Shown in pieces: positions 43,458 through 52,326 of a stretch of DNA of 64,000 nt (positions are counted from its first letter, which is position 1; each line of letters opens with the position of its first letter). This DNA comes from Thermoanaerobaculia bacterium (lineage in GTDB: Bacteria; Acidobacteriota; Thermoanaerobaculia; UBA5066). The DNA lies in contig CAVRAY010000001.1 in assembly GCA_963719225.1 (NCBI GenBank), positions 1,472,001 through 1,536,000 on the forward strand, read 5' to 3'. A model generated the notes under the pieces. That model ran no database searches. It saw only the letters and a program-made list of their open reading frames with translations, and was not told where the DNA came from. The translations under genes and the position numbers were made by a program.

Positions 43458-44894
43458 TTAGACGAGTCCCTGGTCGATCATCGAGTCGGCGACCTTGATG
43501 AAGCCGGCGATGTTCGCCCCGTTGACGTAGTTGCCGGGCGTCCCGAACTTCTCGGCCGTCTCACGGCAGGCCGCGTGGATCGACTTCATGATGAGATGCA
43601 GCCGGTTGTCCACTTCCTCGCGAGTCCACGAGAGGCGCATGCTGTTCTGCGACATCTCCAGCCCCGAGGTCGCGACGCCGCCCGCATTGGCGGCCTTTCC
43701 GGGCCCGTAGAGAATACCGGCGTCGAGGAAGACCTTCACGCCGTCGAGCGTCGTCGGCATGTTGGCGCCCTCGGCCACTGCGTAGACGCCGCCCCTCAGG
43801 AGGTGGGCCGCGTCGAAGCCGTTGATCTCGTTCTGCGTTGCGCTCGGGAAGGCGCACTGCGCCTTGTGGGCCCAGAGCGGGTTGTGGTCGAGCTTCGGGT
43901 TCACCGGCGTGAAGACGACGCCCTTGTACTTGTCGGCGTACTCCTTGATGCGGCCGCGCCGGACGTTCTTGAGGTCCATCACGAAGGCCAGCTTCTCGGC
44001 CGTGATTCCCGCCTCGTCGTAGATGTAGCCCTCCGAGTCGGAGAGAGTCACGGGCTTCGCCTTGAGCTGCAGGAGCTTCTCGACCGTGTACTGCGAGACG
44101 TTGCCGCTGCCCGAGACGAGACAGGTCTTGCCTTCCAGCGTCTGACCCCTCGTCGCGAGCATCTCGGACGCGAAGTAGACGGCGCCGTAGCCGGTGGCTT
44201 CCGGGCGGATCAGCGAGCCGCCCCAGGAGAGGCCCTTGCCCGTCAGGACGCCGGAGAACTCGTTCCGGAGCCGCTTGTACTGGCCGAACAGGAAGCCGAT
44301 CTCGCGCCCGCCCACGCCGATGTCACCGGCCGGAACGTCGGTGTCGGGTCCGATGTGGCGGAACAGCTCCGTCATGAAGCTCTGGCAGAAGCGCATGACC
44401 TCGCCGTCGCTCTTGCCCTTCGGGTCGAAGTCGGAACCACCCTTGGCGCCGCCCATCGGCAGCGTCGTCAAGGAGTTCTTGAGGACCTGCTCGAAGGCCA
44501 GGAACTTCAGGATTCCCAGGTTGACCGAGGGGTGGAAGCGGAGCCCTCCCTTGTAGGGCCCGATGGCGCTGTTCATCTGGATCCGGAAGCCCCTGTTGAT
44601 TCTGTAGGTCCCCTGGTCGTCCTGCCACGGAACCCGGAACATGAGGACGCGCTCGGGCTCGATGATGCGCTCCAGGACCTTCGCGCTCCGGTACTCCGGC
44701 CGCTGCTCGAGGACGAGCTGAAGCGAGTCTGCAACCTCCTCGACGGCCTGGTGGAACTCGGGTTCGGCCGGATTCTTGGCCTTGACCTCGGCCATCAGGT
44801 TCTTCACATACACGGATTTGGATCCTCCCGTGGGACGCCCCGGCTTTTTCCCGACCTCGACCTCGGCATCGAGGGTCTTGACACTTTCTGACAT
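43458..44894 (-). CDS. gdhA: NADP-specific glutamate dehydrogenase
   Basis: EPEFHQAV, GPYKGGLRFHPSVNL, FLAFEQ, DVPAGDIGVGGREIG, RPEATGYG, NAGGVATSGLEMSQN. Confidence 0.95.
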   Translation of the reverse strand: MSESVKTLDAEVEVGKKPGRPTGGSKSVYVKNLMAEVKAKNPAEPEFHQAVEEVADSLQLVLEQRPEYRSAKVLERIIEPERVLMFRVPWQDDQGTYRINRGFRIQMNSAIGPYKGGLRFHPSVNLGILKFLAFEQVLKNSLTTLPMGGAKGGSDFDPKGKSDGEVMRFCQSFMTELFRHIGPDTDVPAGDIGVGGREIGFLFGQYKRLRNEFSGVLTGKGLSWGGSLIRPEATGYGAVYFASEMLATRGQTLEGKTCLVSGSGNVSQYTVEKLLQLKAKPVTLSDSEGYIYDEAGITAEKLAFVMDLKNVRRGRIKEYADKYKGVVFTPVNPKLDHNPLWAHKAQCAFPSATQNEINGFDAAHLLRGGVYAVAEGANMPTTLDGVKVFLDAGILYGPGKAANAGGVATSGLEMSQNSMRLSWTREEVDNRLHLIMKSIHAACRETAEKFGTPGNYVNGANIAGFIKVADSMIDQGLV

Positions 44895-45220
44895 GAGTCC
44901 TCCTGTTTGATTCTATTCGGCCCGCCGGTTTTTCGCCGGACTGGAGGTCGAACGCGGAGTCCGAATCGAGGGCAACTCCCTACAGGATGCGTCCGGGCCT
45001 GGCCGAAAGACTGATGCACCTTACCTAGTGGCCGGACAAACTGCGGGGCTCCAAGATTTCCTCGAGACCGATTGACGGCGCCCCTCGATCCCGCGATAGG
45101 ATCGGGACGCATCTCGGAAAGATTTTTCATGACTTCGTCTTCACGAAATGTTTACAGCCGACTGCAAGTCTGCGTGTTGTTTTCCTTCCTTTCATTTCCA
45201 ATTTCAGCAGAGGTGACTAC

Positions 45221-48200
45221 ATGAAACTGCGTTCCCGTCTCGGATTTCCGTTCGCCTTTGTCTCGATGGCGGCCCTCCTTTTATCGGCCGCCCCGGCGCC
45301 CGGCCAGGAGACCACCGGCGGCCTTCAGGGCGCCGTGACCATGAAGTCCGACAAGAGCCCCCTCCCCGGCGTGACGGTGGAGGCCGTTCACGTCCCCACC
45401 GGCACGCGGTTCACGTCCGTGACCACGTCCACTGGACGGTTCACGATCCTCAACGTCCGCGTGGGCGGCCCCTACACGGTGACCGCGAAGATCGCGGGCT
45501 TCAAGACGGAGACTCTCAGGGACATCGACGTCGCCCTCGGGGAAAAGCGCGATCTCGAATTCGAGCTGGAAGTCCAGGCGAGGGCGGAGACCGTCAGCGT
45601 CACGGCCGAAGCGGAGCCGCTCATCAGCCCGAACCGGATGGGCTCCACGCAGTCGGTCTCGCAGAACGAGATCAAGTCGCTGCCGACGATCAGCCGGCAG
45701 TTCCAGGACTTCGTGAGGACGAACCCGTACGCCAACGTGCAGCCCTACGATTCGACGCAGACGGCCATCTCCATCGCGGGGATGAACAACCGGTACAACA
45801 CGATCCAGATCGACGGCGCCGTCAACAACGACCTGTTCGGCCTCGCCGCGACCGGCACGCCGGGCGGCCAGACGAACACGCAGCCCATCTCGCTCGACAC
45901 GATCCAGGAGATCCAGGTCGCCGTCTCGCCCTACGACATCAAGCAGGGCGGGTTCACGGGCGGCGCTATCAACGCGATCACGAAGAGCGGAACGAACGAC
46001 TTCCACGGCTCCGTCTACGGCTCGACGCGGGACGAGAAGTACGTCAGCAGCGACGTCCCGCAGGCCTACGGCGACGCGCTCCACAAGCCGATCGCGACGT
46101 TCGACTCGGACCAGTACGGCGCCCGCGTGGGCGGACCGATCCTGAGGGACAAGCTCTTCTTCTTCGGGAGCGTCGAGCGGAACAAGCTTTCGCAGCCGAC
46201 GGGCGGCTCCGCCGACGGATCCACGAGCAACTCGTACAAGGACCCGGCACAGGCAGCGCTCTTCAAGAGCGTGCTCACCACCAAGTACGGCTACGACCCG
46301 GGCGGCCTCGGGGACTACAACCAGAGGACGAACAGCGACCTGCTGCTCGGTAAGCTCGACTTCAACGCGGCCGCGAGCCACCAGCTCTCGCTCCGGTACA
46401 ACTACGTCGACGCCCTGACCGACACTCTGGGTTCGAGCCGCAGCTTCAACGCCTACGCGTTCGAGGGGGCCGGCTACACGTTCGCCAACAAGACGAACTC
46501 GGGAGTGCTGCAGCTCAACAGTGTCTTCGGCACGAGCTCGTTCAACCAGGGCCGCGTCGGCTACCAGACCATTCGTGACAGCCGGCAGGTGCCCGCGGCG
46601 TTCCCGTCGGTTTACATCTGTGCGACTCCCAACTCGTTCTGCACCGGGTCCAACGCGTACCAGCTGGTCGCCGGGACCGAGCGCTCGTCCGGGGCGAACG
46701 CGCTCAACCAGGACATCTTCGAGGTCACGGACGACTTCACGGTGATCAAGGGCAACCACACGCTAACGATCGGGACGCACAACGAGTTCTTCAAGTTCGA
46801 GAACCTCTTCATCCAGGACATCACCGGGACGTACTTCTTCAACAGCGTCGACGCGCCCGGCGACGCCCACAGCCTCAATAGCGGAAACGCCGCCCGATAC
46901 CAGGTCAAGTTCGCGAACGGGGCCGATCCGCGCCGCCCGACCCAATTCGCCGCCCAGCAGTGGGGTCTCTACGCGGGCGACCAATGGAGAGTCAACGAAA
47001 AGCTCACGCTGACCCTCGGCGTGAGGTTCGATCTCCCGCGGCTCACGGACCAGCCGACGTACAACCCGCTCGTCGACACCACGTTCGGGATCGATACGAC
47101 CGACGTCCCGACCAACAACCTCATGTTCTCGCCTCGCCTCGGCTTCAACTTCAACCCGACCGGTGGCGGCAGGGACCAGATCCGCGGGGGCATCGGCGTC
47201 TTCGCGGGCCGCACACCGTTCGTCTGGATCTCCAACGCCTACGGCGGCACCGGCATCGAGATCACGGGCCTGAGCGCGAGCAACGTCCCCTTCAACGCGG
47301 ATCCCAACAACCCGCCCAAGAACTTCCCCCCGGGACGGCCGCCGTCTCGGTCGACACCGTCGATCCCGATTTCAAGTTCCCCCAGGTTCTTCGCAGCACC
47401 CTGGCGTACGACCGGGAGCTCCCGTACGGGATCCGAGGTACGGTCGAGTTCATGTTCACGAAGACGCTGAAGGACGTCTTCTATTACAACAGGAACAAGG
47501 TCCCGAGCGGGGCCACGACGTTCTACGGATCGCCTGTCTACAAGAACTTCAATTCCGGGTTCTCGAACGTCACGTTCCTGACGAACACGACCCGGGGCGA
47601 GCAGCAGAACCTCAACGTGATGCTCGAGAAGCGCTTCCCCTTCGGCCTCTACGTCAACGGGTCGTACGCCTACATGAACGCGAAGTCCGCGTTCGAGGCG
47701 ACGTCCAGCGTGGCGTTCTCGAACTGGCAGTTCCAGACGACGGACGGCAACATCGATACCCAGCAGCTCACGCGCTCCTTCTTCGACGTGCCGCATCGCT
47801 TCAACATCGTTCTGACGCAGGCGTTCAAGACGGGGCCTCTGCTCCACAACGTCGGGCTGGTCTACTTCGCTCAGTCGGGGCAGCCCTATTCGATCCTGAT
47901 GGGGGGAGACCCGAACAGCGACGGTGGCTTCAGCAACGACCAGATTTTCGTTCCCCAGAACTACAGCGACGTCGTCTGGGCCGGAGCGGGAGCTCCCACC
48001 GAAGACAAGTGGAACACGTTCCTCGCGACGACGGGTCTCGACAAATACAGGGGCCGGGTCGCGCCGCGCAACGCGCTCAGCGCCCCCTGGATCCACACCC
48101 TGGACTTCCACTACGACATCACGCTGCCCATCTCGGTCGTCCAGGTCCAGCTCACGTTCGACGTCTTGAACCTGATCAACCTGATCGACAGCAACTCGGG

Positions 48201-48381
48201 ACTCCTCCGTTACGTCAACTTCCAGACGTACACGGCGCTCACCGCCTCCAAAACCGTCGACGCGGCGGGCAGGCCGACCTACACGGTCAACTCGGGCGCG
48301 CTCGACGAGGGGCGGCAGTACAGCACGAACGACCTCCGCTCGCGCTACCAGCTGAAGTGGGGAGCGCGCCTTTCCTTCTAG
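45221..48381 (+). CDS. Oar-like TonB-dependent receptor with carboxypeptidase-regulatory-like N domain (one frameshift at ~47330)
   Basis: Signal peptide; IDGAVNND, GGAINAITKSGTN; C-terminal ARLSF; frame change at CCCCCCGGG homopolymer. Confidence 0.9.
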
Positions 48382-48404
48382 CTCCAGACCCTCTCATTTC
48401 CTGC

Positions 48405-48438
48405 AAGCGCCGGGACTTCATGTTCCGGCGCTTTTTTT
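48405..48438 (+). terminator. Rho-independent terminator
   Basis: AAGCGCCGGGAC-TTCAT-GTTCCGGCGCTT followed by T-run. Confidence 0.85.
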
Positions 48439-48504
48439 GATGCATTCGCTTTCTAAGAGATTCTTCTTCTTTCCGATATTCTACGGTCGCGGAGGAGTTT
48501 TTCG

Positions 48505-49680
48505 ATGCCCGTTACCGCTGAAACGCCCGCGATCCCGCCCGTGTCCGTCCTCTCCGACCACGAGCGGGAGCTCGCAGAAGGCGTTTACGACTTCGCCCTG
48601 GAGGCGATCGGCCCGAGAGTCCGGGAGATGGACCAGGCGAACGTCATGGACCCGGACCTCATCCGGAAGTTCTTCGACCTCGATCTCATGGGAATCGAGA
48701 TCCCGGAAGAGTACGGCGGCCTCGGCGCGAATTTCGGCACGTCCATCGCCATCATCGAGGCGCTCGCGCGCGTCGACGCCGCCTGCGCCGTCGTCGTGGA
48801 CGTCCAGAACACCCTCGTGAACAACGCGCTCCTGCGCTGGGGCTCGCCGGCTCTGCAGAAGAAGTACTTCCCGCAGCTCGCGAAGCAGAAAGTCGCCTCG
48901 TACGCGCTGTCGGAGGCCGGGTCGGGATCCGACGCGTTCGCGCTCGCGACGACGGCGACGCCGAAGGGCGACCGCTACATCCTCAACGGCGAGAAGCTCT
49001 GGATCACGAACGGCCTCGAGTCCGAGCTGTTCCTCGTCTTCGCGACCGTCGACAAGAGCAAGGGCTATAAGGGCATCACCGCGTTCTTCGTCGAGTCGCA
49101 GTGGAAAGGCTTCCACAAGGGTAAGAAGGAAGACAAGCTCGGAATCCGCGCGTCTTCCACACTCGCGCTCGCGTTCGAGGACCTCGAGGTGCCCGCCGAG
49201 AACGTCGTCGGCAACGTGGGCGAGGGATACAAGATCGCGATCGAGACGCTGAACGAAGGCCGCATCGGGATCGGCGCGCAGATGCTCGGCATCTCGCGCA
49301 ACGCGCTCGACTACACGGCGAAATACGTGAAGGAGCGCCGGCAGTTCGGCCAGCCTCTCGCGCAGTTCCAGGCCGTTCAGCACGAGCTCGCGCGCATGGA
49401 CATGGAGATCGAGTGCGCGCGCCTCGCCGTCTACAACGCGGCGCGCCTGAAGGAAAACGGCCTGCCGTTCGCGCGGGAGGCCGCGATCGCGAAGCTCAAG
49501 GGCTCCGAGGTCGCCGAGATGTGCACGTCGCGAGGGCTGGAGCTCCTCGGCGGCTACGGCTACGTGAAGGACTATCCCCTCGAGAAGCTGTTCCGCGACG
49601 CGAAGATCGGAAAGATCTACGAGGGAACGTCGTTCATGCAGCTCAACACGATCGCGAAGGACGTCCTGAAGCGCGCCTGA
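48505..49680 (+). CDS. Acyl-CoA dehydrogenase (short/branched-chain-like)
   Basis: YALSEAGSGSD, KLWITNG, KLGIRASST, RRQFG, IYEGT. Confidence 0.93.
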   Translation: MPVTAETPAIPPVSVLSDHERELAEGVYDFALEAIGPRVREMDQANVMDPDLIRKFFDLDLMGIEIPEEYGGLGANFGTSIAIIEALARVDAACAVVVDVQNTLVNNALLRWGSPALQKKYFPQLAKQKVASYALSEAGSGSDAFALATTATPKGDRYILNGEKLWITNGLESELFLVFATVDKSKGYKGITAFFVESQWKGFHKGKKEDKLGIRASSTLALAFEDLEVPAENVVGNVGEGYKIAIETLNEGRIGIGAQMLGISRNALDYTAKYVKERRQFGQPLAQFQAVQHELARMDMEIECARLAVYNAARLKENGLPFAREAAIAKLKGSEVAEMCTSRGLELLGGYGYVKDYPLEKLFRDAKIGKIYEGTSFMQLNTIAKDVLKRA

Positions 49681-49731
49681 CGGGCCTTCATCGCGCCGGA
49701 CGCCAGAAGGGCAGGCTATCCTCTCCCGCTG

Positions 49732-51081
49732 ATGGCGCTGAAGCGCGAGATCGGGCTCTGGCAGGGCACCGCCCTGAACATCATCGACATGGTGGGGATC
49801 GGTCCCTTCGTGACCCTTCCCCTCATTCTCGCCGCGATGGGCGGAGGCCGCGCGCTCGGCGCCTGGATCCTGGGTGCCGTGCTCGCGATCGCGGACGGGC
49901 TCGTCACGGCCGAGCTGTCGGCCGAGCTGCCGCGGGCCGGCGGCTCGTACGCGTTCCTGAGAGAGGCCTACGGCCAGGCGCGCTGGGGCCGGCTCGTGTC
50001 GTTCCTGTTCCTCTTCCAGATCATCTTCTCGGCTCCGCTCTCGATGGCTTCCGGGGCGATCGGCTTCTCGCGCTATCTCCACTTCGTGTTTCCCGAAATC
50101 CCGGAGAGGTGGGAGGCGCCCGTGGCGTCGCTGCTGTGCGTCGCCGTCACGCTCCTCCTCATGCGCCGGATCGGCGCCATCGGGAAATTCTCCGTGGTCC
50201 TCTGGATCGGCGTCCTCGCGACTCTCGGGATCGTGATCGGACTCGGCCTTCCGCACCTGAAGCTCGAGGCGTTCCGGTTCTGGGAGGCCCCCGTGGTGTC
50301 GGCGCCGGGAATCGCACCGCCCGCCGGCGTCCTCGGCGGGCTCGGACTGGCGCTCATCCTCGCCGTGTACGACTATCTCGGCTACTACAACGTCTGCTAC
50401 CTCGCGGAGGAGATCGTCGAGCCGACGAAGACGATCCCACGCGTGATCGTCATCTCGATCCTTTCGGTGGCGGTCCTCTACATCCTCATGAACGCCTGCA
50501 TCGTCTCCGTCCTTCCGATGGCGGAGGCCATGAGCTCGAAGTCCACGGTCGCGGACTTCGTCGCGGTGCTCGCGGGCCGGCCCGTCGCGCGGCTCGTGAC
50601 CGGTCTCATCCTCTGGACCGCGTTCGCCTCCGTCTTCTCGCTGACGCTCGGCTACTCACGCATCCTCTTCGCGGCCGCGCGGGACGGAAATTTCTTTCCG
50701 ATCTTCGCGCGACTGCATCCGACCGAAGGCTATCCCGTCGTCGCGATCGCCGCGCTCGGCGGTGCGGCGGCCGTGTTCTCATTCCTCGACCTGAGGACCG
50801 TCGTCTCGGGCATCGTGTCGATCCGCGCCGTCATCCCGTTCATCGCGCAGATCGCGGCGGCCCTCATCCTCCGGAAGACGCGTCCGGACCTCGCGCGCCC
50901 GTTCCGCATGTGGCTCTACCCGCTGCCGGCGTTGATCGCGCTTCTCCTCTGGGGATTCGTCCTTCTCTCGCCCGAGAAAGGGTTCAAGGTGACGGGCCTC
51001 GTCGTGATGGGCGCCGGCGTCGTGGCGTACCTCGGGATGGCGCGGAGAAAGGCACAATGGCCTTTCACCCGTCCCGCCTGA
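49732..51081 (+). CDS. APC-family amino acid permease
   Basis: LKREIG, MVGIGPF, AELS..P.AGG.Y, EI..P.K.IP, RPFRM..YP; multi-TM. Confidence 0.9.
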   Translation: MALKREIGLWQGTALNIIDMVGIGPFVTLPLILAAMGGGRALGAWILGAVLAIADGLVTAELSAELPRAGGSYAFLREAYGQARWGRLVSFLFLFQIIFSAPLSMASGAIGFSRYLHFVFPEIPERWEAPVASLLCVAVTLLLMRRIGAIGKFSVVLWIGVLATLGIVIGLGLPHLKLEAFRFWEAPVVSAPGIAPPAGVLGGLGLALILAVYDYLGYYNVCYLAEEIVEPTKTIPRVIVISILSVAVLYILMNACIVSVLPMAEAMSSKSTVADFVAVLAGRPVARLVTGLILWTAFASVFSLTLGYSRILFAAARDGNFFPIFARLHPTEGYPVVAIAALGGAAAVFSFLDLRTVVSGIVSIRAVIPFIAQIAAALILRKTRPDLARPFRMWLYPLPALIALLLWGFVLLSPEKGFKVTGLVVMGAGVVAYLGMARRKAQWPFTRPA

Positions 51082-51103
51082 CAGGAAAACGAAGGGAGTC
51101 CGC

Positions 51104-52075
51104 ATGAAAAGCATGGCCGTCCTGACGAGCGGAGGCGACGCGCCGGGCATGAACGCGGCGATCCGCGCCGTCGTCCGCGCGGGGATCGCGCAGGGCTGGA
51201 GCGTTTTCGGCGTCCACCACGGCTTCGCGGGGCTCCTCGGCGGCGAGCTCTCGCCGCTCGGCCCACGGGACGTGGGCGGCATCATCCAGCAGGGCGGAAC
51301 GATGCTCGGGAGCGCGCGCTGCGACGCGTTCAAGACCGCGGTCGGGCGGGAACAGGCGCTCGGCGTTCTCAGGGCCCGCGGCATCGAATCCCTCGTCGTG
51401 ATCGGCGGCAGCGGCTCGCAGGTCGGGGCGCACTCTCTCGCGAAGGCCGGGTTCCCCGTCGCGGGAGTCGCGTCCACGATCGACAACGACCTGCCGGGCT
51501 CGGACATCACGATCGGCGTCGACACGGCTCTCAACATCGCGCTGGAAGCCATCGACCGCCTGAAGGTCACGGCGTCCTCCCACGAGCGCGCGTTCCTCGT
51601 CGAGGTCATGGGACGGGACTGCGGATACCTCGCGCTCATGGCGGGAATCGCGGGAGGTGCCGAGGCGATCGTCATTCCCGAGGTGGAGACGAGCCCCGAG
51701 GATCTCGCGAAGGAGCTCTTCGCGTCGCGCGAGCGCGGAAAGAGACACGCGATCGTGGTCGTCGCCGAAGGCGCGCGACACAACGCGCGGGCGCTCGCGC
51801 AGTACTTCCGGGAGAACGAGAAGCGCCTCGGCTTCGACCTGCGCGTCACGCAGCTCGGGCACGTGCAGCGCGGCGGGTCGCCGGGTGCTTTCGACCGGCT
51901 CCTCGCGACGCGCCTCGGCGCGGCAGCGGTCCAGCGTCTCGCGGCGGGGGAGTCCGGCATTCTCGTCGGCCAGCTGAAAGGCGCCGTGTCGGCGACGCCG
52001 CTCGAGGACGTCGCGGGCAAGACGAAACCTCTGGATCCATCGCTCTTCGCCCTCGCGCGCGCGATGTCGAGTTAG
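51104..52075 (+). CDS. pfkA: 6-phosphofructokinase
   Basis: LTSGGDAPGMNAAIR, TIDND, EVMGR, LGHVQRGG. Confidence 0.93.
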   Translation: MKSMAVLTSGGDAPGMNAAIRAVVRAGIAQGWSVFGVHHGFAGLLGGELSPLGPRDVGGIIQQGGTMLGSARCDAFKTAVGREQALGVLRARGIESLVVIGGSGSQVGAHSLAKAGFPVAGVASTIDNDLPGSDITIGVDTALNIALEAIDRLKVTASSHERAFLVEVMGRDCGYLALMAGIAGGAEAIVIPEVETSPEDLAKELFASRERGKRHAIVVVAEGARHNARALAQYFRENEKRLGFDLRVTQLGHVQRGGSPGAFDRLLATRLGAAAVQRLAAGESGILVGQLKGAVSATPLEDVAGKTKPLDPSLFALARAMSS

Positions 52076-52112
52076 AGCGGGCCCTGCTAACATCCCGCCT
52101 CCGAGGCGGGAC

Positions 52113-52188
52113 GGCGACGTACCCAAGTGGTTAAGGGAAGGCTCTGCAAAAGCCTCATTCGTCGGTTCGACTCCGACCGTCGCCTCCA
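52113..52188 (+). tRNA. tRNA-Cys(GCA)
   Basis: GGCGACG/CGTCGCC acceptor, U73, CCA; anticodon arm AGGCT-CTGCAAA-AGCCT. Confidence 0.95.
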
Positions 52189-52234
52189 ATCCCGCCCCTC
52201 CCTCGCGCACGGCTCCCGGCGTAAGCTTCTCGGC

Positions 52235-52319
52235 GCCGGAGTGGCGAAATGGCAGACGCAGGGGACTTAAAATCCCCAGGCCTGAAAGGGCCGTGAGGGT
52301 TCGAGTCCCTCCTCCGGTA
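52235..52319 (+). tRNA. tRNA-Leu(TAA), CCA not encoded
   Basis: GCCGGAG/CTCCGGT acceptor; GGGGA-CTTAAAA-TCCCC anticodon arm; long variable arm. Confidence 0.95.
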
Positions 52320-52326
52320 CGAACTC

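Noticed and set aside
45025-45046. Sigma-54 promoter in the gdhA/TonB-receptor intergenic region (TGGCCGGACAAACTGC)
   Set aside because: GG-to-GC spacing is 11 nt rather than the required 10
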